DNA of 64,000 bases, from assembly GCA_964016885.1 (NCBI GenBank), contig OZ024757.1:34968001-35032000 (forward strand), in the 5' to 3' direction. The stretch comes from Eledone cirrhosa. Its lineage: Eukaryota. Made by a program: the position numbers and the translations under genes. Position 1 is the stretch's first letter; the number at the start of each line of letters is the position of its first letter. Positions 23,137-37,855 of this stretch are shown here, piece by piece. The notes beneath the pieces were generated by a model. It made no database searches and had not been told where the DNA came from. It was given only the letters and a program-made list of their open reading frames with translations.

Positions 23137-23801
23137 AGTTCAAAGAGAAACCACCATCATAGAGAAACCACCATCCTACCTGAAATATTATGTTATCATA
23201 TTAAATATTTCTTATACTGTCATGTTTTTTTCTTTAAAACGATTGCATCTCAATAAAGTGAAGAAAACTATTATATACTGTTGTTATATCATTATACTTT
23301 AGTTTTAACATTTCTATGTGTATAAATATAATGTATGTAAGTGTGTTTGAAAATATATAATAATAATATGCATGTTTGAAGCAGGGTTCAACTGAAATAT
23401 CTATACCAGTAACTTAATTAGTGTTACACCTTAGGCATAAACTATTTGGCATTCTTTGAAGGAGGTACTAGGTTTTTCGCTGTCTTAAATGGAGTATACA
23501 CGCGCACACGATGCATATATATAAATTGTTTTTCTCTGTACAAAGAGATTGACATCATTTCTTAAATCATTATTTAGGGTTTTACAACAAAACATATTGT
23601 ATGTGTAATTATACAAATTGAATTTAAGTATTTATTTTAAAATTTTACATACACTTTAGTAGTATATATATATATATATATATATATTCATTTGTGATGC
23701 CATGCATTGTATTGTACACTTCGACATATGGATTATATTCATGCAACACCTCTCTTATCATAGCCATTTTTTGTGGTGAGCAGTCATTATTTGTTGGGAT
23801 T

Positions 23802-23970
23802 AGGGCAGTGGATTGGCAGTATCGGTAGAGCGTCAGACACCATGCTTTGCAGCATAGGGTTATGGCCCTTTACGTTCTGGGTTCAAATCCCTCTAAGGTT
23901 GATTTTGTTTTCATCCTTATGAGGTCGATAGAATAAAGTACCAGTAATTGCTGGCCTTGTGCCAGAAACA
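23802..23970 (+). mobile_element. SINE copy in Helitron B2
   Basis: Paralogous to 11854-12022. Confidence 0.85.
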
Positions 23971-24558
23971 ATTATTTGGTTGTACTTCCAATCTGTGCTA
24001 CACACCTTCGTTCCCATCAATAATATATAACTGGCCATATTGTGGTGTATTTTCTGCAGGTTACAGAGATGGGGGTGTATTGATATGTTTGACCCTGAAT
24101 ATGAAATCTATACGGGCCTCTGCCGGGTGGTAACACCAAATGAAGTGAAATAAATGTAGTTTTAATTGCAGATGTTTCTGTGAAATCAACTGCTTCCTGG
24201 CCTCTTTCAAAGAGATTTCTCAGTCTCTCAGGGTATATTTGCAATGGTGGCAACACTACCTTTCCTTTATTACAACAGTTACAATTTTCATTTCTAAATT
24301 TCAAAGCTCCACAGTGATCACACGAAACATTCATATCACTAATATGAAATTCTTCTACATTTCCATTAATATTAATTGTTGGCCAATTTCTCTTACGACG
24401 CTCATTATCCATTCTTCTCTGTCTGAATGTTTTCCATTCTAAGTCTATTTGCATGGAATAATTATATTCTGTTGTTTATTATGTAATTAAATAGCTCTGT
24501 ACAATACATAGAGCATTCTTCTTTTCTTTACCTTTTCTATGGAAATACAAGAACAAAC

Positions 24559-24590
<32 letters not shown>

Positions 24591-26065
24591 ACATACATAA
24601 ACAAGACTGTTATTGTTCCAACCAGTCTATTTACCTTTGATAACTATCCTAAATATAAATACACCTATACCATACATACATATATCATATATGTTTTTGA
24701 TGCCGTGGTATAGCAGAGATAAGCAAGAAGAGAAAAGAAAATGAAAATGAGAAAAAAAAAAGAAGTAAGAAGTCGGGGGAGGGACAGACACTTCACCCCA
24801 GTCTAAGTGGTCCCTCAGCCGCAACCTGTGGAAGAAACGTAAAAGCGTTACCTCAGAGCAAGGCCAGAGACACCTGCTACAATAGTCGCCCCTCCTCATG
24901 AGGCTCCTGTCGTCTTTCCTCCCGACTTTATGGAGGAAATCAGCAGTACAGGGACCAAGTATGGCAGAGGTCTCAATGGAGTGGAAGAGGTGAGTCAGGC
25001 CTTGGTACTATCTTACTCTCCTCTGCATTGCGGGGTGTGGAGCCTAGGTTTGTGGCTGTAGCTATATTTGAACTTTTATATGAAATTTTAGTTTTATATT
25101 TTTCACATCATAAAACTTAATCTTAGTCTTTTGCAGCTCATCTTGTTTCATCTCGCAGCACACGATTCGGGAACCACTGCTCTAGAGATAGAAAAAGTAT
25201 ATTTTATGCAGGGCTTCCCTGAGACATAAAAACTATTTCAAGAGATCGACATGGGTAGAAAGGTTGAGAAATGCTGCACAATGTTCTTTGATTTTTGTTC
25301 ACCTTTAAATAATTATGTATAAAATATCGGGTGTGCAAGATTTCATGAAAAGGTATAACATTATTTATGCTGATCTTGCAGGGACTAGCTCCAATTGAGA
25401 GTTGTACCAATTCCCACTAAACTCGAAACTCCTGGACAATATATACATATCTTTATAAGTTCCTGTGTATTGTGTCGCTGTATAATGAAACATAAATATA
25501 TACCATGCATGTCAGTCAGATTTGAACTCACTATATTTGGCGTTTTATAGATATAATTTGTTTGTTAAAACAATTGATTAAATAATAACTAAATAAAATT
25601 AATTCTACAATCCTGGATAGGGAATGAACTTATAACTGCATAATAGAAGCCATCTTTTCGAGCAGTATTGCCATCTAAGCCACCAGGTTACTTACAGAAC
25701 TTCATTCAAATATAAAATATAAAATATATGCCAGACATAGTGAGTTGGAATCTGACTGATTAGTTGGTCATTGTCCCAGCCAACAGTTTAAATCGCCAAC
25801 CAGTAGGTGACATCGACTAGGTTGGGAAAACTTGGTTAAGTAGCTCCAGTTATTGCTACGTTAGACATATTCAAGACTTATCGACACTGAATGGAAGAAA
25901 GGTAAAGTTGAACTCAGAGTAAAGAACTGGAAAAATACTGCAAAGAATTCTATCTGATGTTCTAACAATTCTACCAAGTTACCTTATGTATATATATTTA
26001 TATCTAGAGATAAGAAGAAAACTGAAAGAAAGAAAAGAAAAAAAATGAGACCTTATATGTAACCC

Positions 26066-26865
26066 ATGTTACAACTCAATATATATATATTTGGGTTGTA
26101 ACATATTCCCGCCGGTGAAATAAAAATTTTAATAGAAAAACGGCGGGAATATATGTTACAACCCAATCTATATATATTTGAGTTGTAACATATATTCCCG
26201 CCGTTGAAATAAAAATTTTAATAGAAAAACGGCGGGAATATATGTTACAATCCAATCTACATATATTTGGGTTGTAACATATATTCCCGCCGTTGAAATA
26301 AAAATTTTAATAGAAAAACGTCGGGAATATATGTTACAACGCAATCTATATATATTTGGGTTGTAACATATATTCCCGCCGTTGAAATAAAATTTTAATA
26401 GAAAAACGGCGGGAATATATGTTACAACCCAACCTATATATGTTTGGGTTGTAACATATATTCCCGCCGTTTTTCTATTAAAATTTTTATTTCGACGGCG
26501 GGAATATATGTTACAACCCAAATATATATAGATAGGGTTGTAACATATATTCCCGCCGTTTTTCTATTAAAATTTTTATTTCAACGGCGGGAATATATGT
26601 TACAACCCAAATATATCTAGATTGGGTTGCAACATATATTCCCGCCGTTTTTCTATTAAAATGTTTATTTCAACGGCGGGAATATATGTTACAACCCAAA
26701 TATATATAGATTGGGCTGTAACATATATTCCCGCCGTTTTTCTATTAAAATTTTTATTTCAACTGCGGGAATATATGTTACAACCCAAATATATATAGAT
26801 TGGGTTGTAACATATATTCCCGCCGTTTTTCTATTAAAATTTTTATTTCAACGGCGGGAATATAT
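26066..26865. repeat. 89-bp palindromic minisatellite array (4 forward + 5 reverse loops)
   Basis: Same unit as 1346-2147. Confidence 0.96.
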
Positions 26866-28742
26866 ACCCTGAGAGACTGAGAAATCTCTTTCAAAGAGAT
26901 TTCTCAGTCTCTCAGGGTATATTTGCAATGGTGGCAACACAACCTTTCCTTTATTACAACAGTTACAATTTTCATTTCTAAATTTCAAAGCTCCACAGTG
27001 ATCACACGAAACATTCATATCACTGATATGAAATCCTTCTACATTTCCATTAATATTAATTGTTGGCCAATTTCCCTTACGACGCTCATTATCCATTCTT
27101 CTCTGTCTGAATGTTTTCCAGTCTAAGTCTATTTGCATGGAATAATTATATTCTGTTGTTTATTATGTAATTAAATAGCTCTGTACAATACATAGAGCAT
27201 TCTTCTTTTCTTTACCTTTTCTATGGAAATACAAGAACAAACATATATATATATATATATATGTGTGTATATACATAAACAAGACTGTTATTGCTCCAAC
27301 CAGTCTATTTACCTTTGATAACTATCCTAAATATAAATACACCTATACCATACATACACATATCATATATGTTTTTGATGCCGTGGTATAGCAGAGATAA
27401 GCAAGAAGAGAAAAGAAAATGAAAATGAGAAAAAAAAAGAAGTAAGAAGTCGGGGGAGGGACAGACACTTCACCCCAGTCTAAGTGGTCCCTCAGCCGCA
27501 ACCTGTGGAAGAAACGTAAAAGCGTTACCTCAGAGCAAGGCCAGAGACACCTGCTACAATAGTCGCCCCTCCTCATGAGGCTCCTGTCGTCTTTCCTCCC
27601 GACTTTATGGAGGAAATCAACAGTACAGGGACCAAGTATGGCAGAGGTCTCAATGGAGTGGAAGAGGTGAGTCAGGCCTTGGTACTATCTTACTATCCTC
27701 TGCATTGCGGGGTGTGGAGCCTAGGTTTGTGGCTGTAGCTATATTTGAACTTTTATATGAAATTTCAGTTTTATATTTTTCACATCTTAAAACTTAATCT
27801 TAGTCTTTTGCAGCTCATCTTGTTTCATCTCGCAGCACACGATTTGGGAACCACTGCTCTAGAGATAGAAAAAGTATACTTTATGCAGGGATTCCCTGAG
27901 ACATAAAAACTATTTCAAGAGATCGACATGGGTAGAAAGGTTGAGAAATGCTGCACAATGTTCTTTGATTTTTGTTCACCTTTAAATAATTATGTATAAA
28001 ATATCGGGTGTGCAAGATTTCATGAAAAGGTATAACATTATTTATGCTGATCTTGCAGGGACTAGCTCCAATTGAGAGTTGTACCAATTCCCACTAAACT
28101 CGAAACTCCTGGACAATATATACATATCTTTATAAGTTCCTGTGTATTGTGTCGCTGTATAATGAAACATAAATATATACCATGCATGTCAGTCAGATTT
28201 GAACTCACTATATTTGGCGTTTTATAGATATAATTTGTTTGTTAAAACAATTGATTAAATAATAACTAAATAAAATTAATTCTACAATCCTGGATAGGGA
28301 ATGAACTTATAACTGCATAATAGAAGCCATCTATTCGAGCAGTATTGCCATCTAAGCCACCAGGTTACTTACAGAACTTCATTCAAATATAAAATATAAA
28401 ATATATGCCAGACATAGTGAGTTGGAATCTGACTGATTAGTTGGTCATTGTCCCAGCCAACAGTTTAAATCGCCAACCAGTAGGTGACATCGACTAGGTT
28501 GGGAAAACTTGGTTAAGTAGCTCCAGTTATTGCTACGTTAGACATATTCAAGACTTATCGACACTGAATGGAAGAAAGGTAAAGTTGAACTCAGAGTAAA
28601 GAACTGGAAAAATACTGCAAAGAATTCTATCTGATGTTCTAACAATTCTACCAAGTTACCTTATGTATATATATTTATATCTAGAGATAAGAAGAAAACT
28701 GAAAGAAAGAAAAGAAAAAAAATGAGACCTTATATGTAACCC

Positions 28743-29542
28743 ATGTTACAACTCAATATATATATATTTGGGTTGTAACATATTCCCGCCGGTGAAATAA
28801 AAATTTTAATAGAAAAACGGCGGGAATATATGTTACAACCCAATCTATATATATTTGAGTTGTAACATATATTCCCGCCGTTGAAATAAAAATTTTAATA
28901 GAAAAACGGCGGGAATATATGTTACAATCCAATCTACATATATTTGGGTTGTAACATATATTCCCGCCGTTGAAATAAAAATTTTAATAGAAAAACGTCG
29001 GGAATATATGTTACAACGCAATCTATATATATTTGGGTTGTAACATATATTCCCGCCGTTGAAATAAAATTTTAATAGAAAAACGGCGGGAATATATGTT
29101 ACAACCCAACCTATATATGTTTGGGTTGTAACATATATTCCCGCCGTTTTTCTATTAAAATTTTTATTTCGACGGCGGGAATATATGTTACAACCCAAAT
29201 ATATATAGATAGGGTTGTAACATATATTCCCGCCGTTTTTCTATTAAAATTTTTATTTCAACGGCGGGAATATATGTTACAACCCAAATATATCTAGATT
29301 GGGTTGCAACATATATTCCCGCCGTTTTTCTATTAAAATGTTTATTTCAACGGCGGGAATATATGTTACAACCCAAATATATATAGATTGGGCTGTAACA
29401 TATATTCCCGCCGTTTTTCTATTAAAATTTTTATTTCAACTGCGGGAATATATGTTACAACCCAAATATATATAGATTGGGTTGTAACATATATTCCCGC
29501 CGTTTTTCTATTAAAATTTTTATTTCAACGGCGGGAATATAT
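28743..29542. repeat. 89-bp palindromic minisatellite array
   Basis: Same unit as 1346-2147. Confidence 0.96.
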
Positions 29543-31419
29543 ACCCTGAGAGACTGAGAAATCTCTTTCAAAGAGATTTCTCAGTCTCTCAGGGTATATT
29601 TGCAATGGTGGCAACACAACCTTTCCTTTATTACAACAGTTACAATTTTCATTTCTAAATTTCAAAGCTCCACAGTGATCACACGAAACATTCATATCAC
29701 TGATATGAAATCCTTCTACATTTCCATTAATATTAATTGTTGGCCAATTTCCCTTACGACGCTCATTATCCATTCTTCTCTGTCTGAATGTTTTCCAGTC
29801 TAAGTCTATTTGCATGGAATAATTATATTCTGTTGTTTATTATGTAATTAAATAGCTCTGTACAATACATAGAGCATTCTTCTTTTCTTTACCTTTTCTA
29901 TGGAAATACAAGAACAAACATATATATATATATATATATGTGTGTATATACATAAACAAGACTGTTATTGCTCCAACCAGTCTATTTACCTTTGATAACT
30001 ATCCTAAATATAAATACACCTATACCATACATACACATATCATATATGTTTTTGATGCCGTGGTATAGCAGAGATAAGCAAGAAGAGAAAAGAAAATGAA
30101 AATGAGAAAAAAAAAGAAGTAAGAAGTCGGGGGAGGGACAGACACTTCACCCCAGTCTAAGTGGTCCCTCAGCCGCAACCTGTGGAAGAAACGTAAGAGT
30201 GTTACCTCGGAGCAAGGCCAGAGACACCTGCTACAATAGTCGCCCCTCCTCATGAGGCTCCTGTCGTCTTTCCTCCCGACTTTATGGAGGAAATCAACAG
30301 TACAGGGACCAAGTATGGCAGAGGTCTCAATGGAGTGGAAGAGGTGAGTCAGGCCTTGGTACTATCTTACTATCCTCTGCATTGCGGGGTGTGGAGCCTA
30401 GGTTTGTGGCTGTAGCTATATTTGAACTTTTATATGAAATTTCAGTTTTATATTTTTCACATCTTAAAACTTAATCTTAGTCTTTTGCAGCTCATCTTGT
30501 TTCATCTCGCAGCACACGATTTGGGAACCACTGCTCTAGAGATAGAAAAAGTATACTTTATGCAGGGATTCCCTGAGACATAAAAACTATTTCAAGAGAT
30601 CGACATGGGTAGAAAGGTTGAGAAATGCTGCACAATGTTCTTTGATTTTTGTTCACCTTTAAATAATTATGTATAAAATATCGGGTGTGCAAGATTTCAT
30701 GAAAAGGTATAACATTATTTATGCTGATCTTGCAGGGACTAGCTCCAATTGAGAGTTGTACCAATTCCCACTAAACTCGAAACTCCTGGACAATATATAC
30801 ATATCTTTATAAGTTCCTGTGTATTGTGTCGCTGTATAATGAAACATAAATATATACCATGCATGTCAGTCAGATTTGAACTCACTATATTTGGCGTTTT
30901 ATAGATATAATTTGTTTGTTAAAACAATTGATTAAATAATAACTAAATAAAATTAATTCTACAATCCTGGATAGGGAATGAACTTATAACTGCATAATAG
31001 AAGCCATCTATTCGAGCAGTATTGCCATCTAAGCCACCAGGTTACTTACAGAACTTCATTCAAATATAAAATATAAAATATATGCCAGACATAGTGAGTT
31101 GGAATCTGACTGATTAGTTGGTCATTGTCCCAGCCAACAGTTTAAATCGCCAACCAGTAGGTGACATCGACTAGGTTGGGAAAACTTGGTTAAGTAGCTC
31201 CAGTTATTGCTACGTTAGACATATTCAAGACTTATCGACACTGAATGGAAGAAAGGTAAAGTTGAACTCAGAGTAAAGAACTGGAAAAATACTGCAAAGA
31301 ATTCTATCTGATGTTCTAACAATTCTACCAAGTTACCTTATGTATATATATTTATATCTAGAGATAAGAAGAAAACTGAAAGAAAGAAAAGAAAAAAAAT
31401 GAGACCTTATATGTAACCC

Positions 31420-32219
31420 ATGTTACAACTCAATATATATATATTTGGGTTGTAACATATTCCCGCCGGTGAAATAAAAATTTTAATAGAAAAACGGCGG
31501 GAATATATGTTACAACCCAATCTATATATATTTGAGTTGTAACATATATTCCCGCCGTTGAAATAAAAATTTTAATAGAAAAACGGCGGGAATATATGTT
31601 ACAATCCAATCTACATATATTTGGGTTGTAACATATATTCCCGCCGTTGAAATAAAAATTTTAATAGAAAAACGTCGGGAATATATGTTACAACGCAATC
31701 TATATATATTTGGGTTGTAACATATATTCCCGCCGTTGAAATAAAATTTTAATAGAAAAACGGCGGGAATATATGTTACAACCCAACCTATATATGTTTG
31801 GGTTGTAACATATATTCCCGCCGTTTTTCTATTAAAATTTTTATTTCGACGGCGGGAATATATGTTACAACCCAAATATATATAGATAGGGTTGTAACAT
31901 ATATTCCCGCCGTTTTTCTATTAAAATTTTTATTTCAACGGCGGGAATATATGTTACAACCCAAATATATCTAGATTGGGTTGCAACATATATTCCCGCC
32001 GTTTTTCTATTAAAATGTTTATTTCAACGGCGGGAATATATGTTACAACCCAAATATATATAGATTGGGCTGTAACATATATTCCCGCCGTTTTTCTATT
32101 AAAATTTTTATTTCAACGGCGGGAATATATGTTACAACCCAAATATATATAGATTGGGTTGTAACATATATTCCCGCCGTTTTTCTATTAAAATTTTTAT
32201 TTCAACGGCGGGAATATAT
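31420..32219. repeat. 89-bp palindromic minisatellite array
   Basis: Same unit as 1346-2147. Confidence 0.96.
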
Positions 32220-34095
32220 ACCCTGAGAGACTGAGAAATCTCTTTCAAAGAGATTTCTCAGTCTCTCAGGGTATATTTGCAATGGTGGCAACACAACCTT
32301 TCCTTTATTACAACAGTTACAATTTTCATTTCTAAATTTCAAAGCTCCACAGTGATCACACGAAACATTCATATCACTGATATGAAATCCTTCTACATTT
32401 CCATTAATATTAATTGTTGGCCAATTTCTCTTACGACGCTCATTATCCATTCTTCTCTGTCTGAATGTTTTCCAGTCTAAGTCTATTTGCATGGAATAAT
32501 TATATTCTGTTGTTTATTATGTAATTAAATAGCTCTGTACAATACATAGAGCATTCTTCTTTTCTTTACCTTTTCTATGGAAATACAAGAACAAACATAT
32601 ATATATATATATATATGTGTGTATATACATAAACAAGACTGTTATTGCTCCAACCAGTCTATTTACCTTTGATAACTATCCTAAATATAAATACACCTAT
32701 ACCATACATACACATATCATATATGTTTTTGATGCCGTGGTATAGCAGAGATAAGCAAGAAGAGAAAAGAAAATGAAAATGAGAAAAAAAAAGAAGTAAG
32801 AAGTCGGGGGAGGGACAGACACTTCACCCCAGTCTAAGTGGTCCCTCAGCCGCAACCTGTGGAAGAAACGTAAGAGTGTTACCTCGGAGCAAGGCCAGAG
32901 ACACCTGCTACAATAGTCGCCCCTCCTCATGAGGCTCCTGTCGTCTTTCCTCCCGACTTTATGGAGGAAATCAACAGTACAGGGACCAAGTATGGCAGAG
33001 GTCTCAATGGAGTGGAAGAGGTGAGTCAGGCCTTGGTACTATCTTACTATCCTCTGCATTGCGGGGTGTGGAGCCTAGGTTTGTGGCTGTAGCTATATTT
33101 GAACTTTTATATGAAATTTCAGTTTTATATTTTTCACATCTTAAAACTTAATCTTAGTCTTTTGCAGCTCATCTTGTTTCATCTCGCAGCACACGATTTG
33201 GGAACCACTGCTCTAGAGATAGAAAAAGTATACTTTATGCAGGGATTCCCTGAGACATAAAAACTATTTCAAGAGATCGACATGGGTAGAAAGGTTGAGA
33301 AATGCTGCACAATGTTCTTTGGTTTTTGTTCACCTTTAAATAATCATGTATAAAATATCGGGTGTGCAAGATTTCATGAAAAGGTATAACATTATTTATG
33401 CTGATCTTGCAGGGACTAGCTCCAATTGAGAGTTGTACCAATTCCCACTAAACTCGAAACTCCTGGACAATATATACATATCTTTATAAGTTCCTGTGTA
33501 TTGTGTCGTTGTATAATGAAACATAAATATATACCATGCATGTCAGTCAGATTTGAACTCACTATATTTGGCGTTTTATAGATATAATTTGTTTGTTAAA
33601 ACAATTGATTAAATAATAACTAAATAAAATTAATTCTACAATCCTGGATAGGGAATGAACTTATAACTTCATAATAGAAGCCATCTATTCGAGCAGTATT
33701 GCCATCTAAGCCACCAGGTTACTTACAGAACTTCATTCAAATATAAAATATAAAATATATGCCAGACATAGTGAGTTGGAATCTGACTGATTAGTTGGTC
33801 ATTGTCCCAGCCAACAGTTTAAATCGCCAACCAGTAGGTGACATCGACTAGGTTGGGAAAACTTGGTTAAGTAGCTCCAGTTATTGCTACGTTAGACATA
33901 TTCAAGACTTATCGACACTGAATGGAAGAAAGGTAAAGTTGAACTCAGAGTAAAAACTGGAAAAATACTGCAAAGAATTCTATCTGATGTTCTAACAATT
34001 CTACCAAGTTACCTTATGTATATATATTTATATCTAGAGATAAGAAGAAAACTGAAAGAAAGAAAAGAAAAAAAATGAGACCTTATATGTAACCC

Positions 34096-34984
34096 GTGTT
34101 ACAACTCAATATATATATATTTGGGTTGTAACATATTCCCGCCGGTGAAATAAAAATTTTAATAGAAAAACGGCGGGAATATATGTTACAACCCAATCTA
34201 TATATATTTGAGTTGTAACATATATTCCCGCCGTTGAAATAAAAATTTTAATAGAAAAACAGCGGGAATATATGTTACAATCCAATCTACATATATTTGG
34301 GTTGTAACATATATTCCCGCCGTTGAAATAAAAATTTTAATAGAAAAACGTCGGGAATATATGTTACAACGCAACCTATATATGTTTGGGTTGTAACATA
34401 TATTCCCGCCGTTGAAATAAAATTTTAATAGAAAAACGGCGGGAATATATGTTACAACCCAACCTATATATGTTTGGGTTGTAATATATATTCCCGCCGT
34501 TTTTCTGTTAAAATTTTTATTTCAACGGCGGGAATATATGTTACAACCCAAATATATGTAGATTGGGTTGTAACATATATTCCCGCCGTTTTTCTATTAA
34601 AATTTTTATTTCGACGGCGGGAATATATGTTACAACCCAAATATATGTAGATAGGGTTGTAACATATATTCCCGCCGTTTTTCTATTAAAATTTTTATTT
34701 CAACGGCGGGAATATATGTTACAACCCAAATATATGTAGATTGGATTGCAACATATATTCCCGCCGTTTTTCTATTAAAATGTTTATTTCAACGGTGAGA
34801 ATATATGTTACAACCCAAATATATATAGATTGGGCTGTAACATATATTCCCGCCGTTTTTCTATTAAAATTTTTATTTCAACGGCGGGAATATATGTTAC
34901 AACCCAAATATATATAGATTGGGTTGTAACATATATTCCCGCCGTTTTTCTATTAAAATTTTTATTTCAACGGCGGGAATATAT
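34096..34984. repeat. 89-bp palindromic minisatellite array (4 forward + 6 reverse loops)
   Basis: Same unit with one extra copy, which accounts for the longer 2763-bp A unit. Confidence 0.96.
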
Positions 34985-37803
34985 ACCCTGAGAGACTGAG
35001 AAATCTCTTTCAAAGAGATTTCTCAGTCTCTCAGGGTATATTTGCAATGGTGGCAACACTACCTTTCCTTTATTACAACAGTTACAATTTTCATTTCTAA
35101 ATTTCAAAGCTCCACAGTGATCACACGAAACATTCATATCACTAATATGAAATTCTTCTACATTTCCATTAATATTAATTGTTGGCCAATTTCTCTTACG
35201 ACGCTCATTATCCATTCTTCTCTGTCTGAATGTTTTCCATTCTAAGTCTATTTGCATGGAATAATTATATTCTGTTGTTTATTATGTAATTAAATAGCTC
35301 TGTACAATACATAGAGCATTCTTCTTTTCTTTACCTTTTCTATGGAAATACAAGAACAAACATATATATATATATATATGTGTGTATATACATAAACAAG
35401 ACTGTTATTGCTCCAACCAGTCTATTTACCTTTGATAACTATCCTAAATATAAATACACCTATACCATACATACACATATCATATATGTTTTTGATGCCG
35501 TGGTATAGCAGAGATAAGCAAGAAGAGAAAAGAAAATGAAAATGAGAAAAAAAAAGAAGTAAGAAGTCGGGGGGAGGGACAGACACTTCACCCCAGTCTA
35601 AGTGGTCCCTCAGCCGCAACCTGTGGAAGAAACGTAAAAGCGTTACCTCGGAGCAAGGCCAGAGACACCTGCTACAATAGTCGCCCCTCCTCATGAGGCT
35701 CCTGTCGTCTTTCCTCCCGACTTTATGGAGGAAATCAACAGTACAGGGACCAAGTATGGCAGAGGTCTCAATGGAGTGGAAGAGGCGAGTCAGGCCTTGG
35801 TACTATCTTACTATCTTTGGTTTTTGTTCACTTTTAAATAATCATGTATAAAATATCGGGTGTGCAAGATTTCATGAAAAGGTATAACATTATTTATGCT
35901 GATCTTGCAGGGACTAGCTCCAATTGAGAGTTGTACCAATTCCCACTAAACTCGAAACTCCTGGACAATATATACATATCTTTATAAGTTCCTGTGTATT
36001 GTGTCGTTGTATAATGAAACATAAATATATATCATGCATGTCAGTCAGATTTGAACTCACTATATTTGGCGTTTTATAGATATAATTTGTTTGTTAAAAC
36101 AATTGATTAAATAATAACTAAATAAAATTAATTCTACAATCCTGGATAGGGAATGAACTTATAACTTCATAATAGAAGCCATCTATTCGAGCAGTATTGC
36201 CATCTAAGCCACCAGGTTACTTACAGAACTTCATTCAAATATAAAATATAAAATATATGCCAGACATAGTGAGTTCGAATCTGACTGATTAGTTGGTCAT
36301 TGTCCCAGCCAACAGTTTAAATCGCCAACCAGTAGGTGACATCGACTAGGTTGGGAAAACTTGGTTAAGTAGCTCCAGTTATTGCTACGTTAGACATATT
36401 CAAGACTTATCGACACCGAATGGAAGAAAGGTAAAGTTGAACTCAGAGTAAAGAACTGGAAAAATACTGCAAAGAATTCTATCTGATGTTCTAACAATTC
36501 TACCAAATTACCTTATGTATATATATTTATATCTAGAGATAAGAAGAAAACTGAAAGAAAGAAAAAAAAAAAATGAGACCTTATATGTAACCCATGACCA
36601 GGATTCAAACCGAAACCAGGACTACCACCATCTCTGGTATCACCCACCAGACCACCATGAAAGATACAAAAATCTGCATTTTTAATATTTATAAGCCTAC
36701 TTTCAATATTAAAGTAATTAACATGTGGTGTTGTTCATGCCTTTCTCTATGTTATTGGTAAAAAATAAAGTATTTAAACCTCAAATTTTGTTATTCAAAT
36801 ATGCTTGCTTATGTAATTATAAATGTCGCAGAGTACACACACATATATAGATGTGAAAATATTCAGGACCCCAACGGCTGTGCTACTGCCGTTTCGACAT
36901 CTATATATATATATTTTAGTCCTAGGCTCTTTCAGCGCAGAAAGAATTCTCCACTGATCACAACCAGCTAATGGTGCCCAGTGGAAGCACTTTAGTCTAA
37001 TTATAACCCCAACGATCACGATTAGCGGCGGCTTTTTCGAGTCTGAGGTTGACTGCCAGATATATATATATATCTATATATATATATATATTTTTATACT
37101 TTGCTAGAATCCCGGAGAACAACAGAAAGATGCTGAGTTCAGAGTTTAAAAAACATGTCCCCTTTAATATAAAAACAATCCGAGTCTTGTAAAAGTGTTA
37201 TTACTGTAATATAAAGTAGAAACCCTTTATTTAAACAAAGCTGCGATGCAGCGATCATCAAAGCAAACCCCAAAATGTAAACACACTTCTCGCAGGTGCT
37301 GCCAGATACACGATAACATGTGTATACGAAGTGTAACAGGGAGTTGGGTCGTATTATATGACTTTCAAATTGACCCCTATTATATTCAAATTATCCCCTG
37401 TGGGGCGTGCACCCCACGTTGAGAATCCCTCATAAATAAATATATGTGAGTGTGTTGCTATGACTGCTATTTCTAGCAGGTTTACTGCAGTCCTGTAGAC
37501 GCACAACAAAAACCGGAAGTGGCAGCCATTAAAAAACTTTGGCTTAAAATCAGCCAAAAGATTTTCAATAATAGTAAAATTTTATTTTTGACAAGGACGA
37601 TAACTTTTGTCTTACTTAATCGCAAAAATCGAGGCAAAAATTTTGAGGGTGTGCAGTTTACACGCTAAAAATAAACCTGCTAGAAATAGCAGTCATAGCA
37701 ACTCACTTACATATATTTATATATCATATATATATGGACACTTTAGAAATAGCAGCGAATAACAGAAAGGACACACACACACACACATATATATATGCCC
37801 CAG

Positions 37804-37855
<52 letters not shown>

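Larger units (their letters stand above)
19382..24454 (-). pseudogene. Helitron RepHel pseudogene copy B2, split by an about 2.7-kb insertion (20981-23695)
   Basis: Near-identical to 10151-12464 (ORFs 19382-19609, 19677-19937, 24017-24454). The sequence gctgtttga|tgccatgc is interrupted by satellite plus unique DNA. Confidence 0.9.
12733..24720. repeat. Long tandem unit B, copy 2 (11,988 bp; variant middle, satellite-bearing insertion)
   Basis: Colinear with B1 except about 15030-17400, the VNTR copy number, and the insertion at 20981-23695. Confidence 0.92.
24721..35515. repeat. Four tandem copies of unit A (2678, 2677, 2677, 2763 bp)
   Basis: The same phase marker occurs at 24721, 27399, 30076, 32753 and 35516. 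Identical ORF sets repeat with 2677-bp spacing. Confidence 0.96.
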
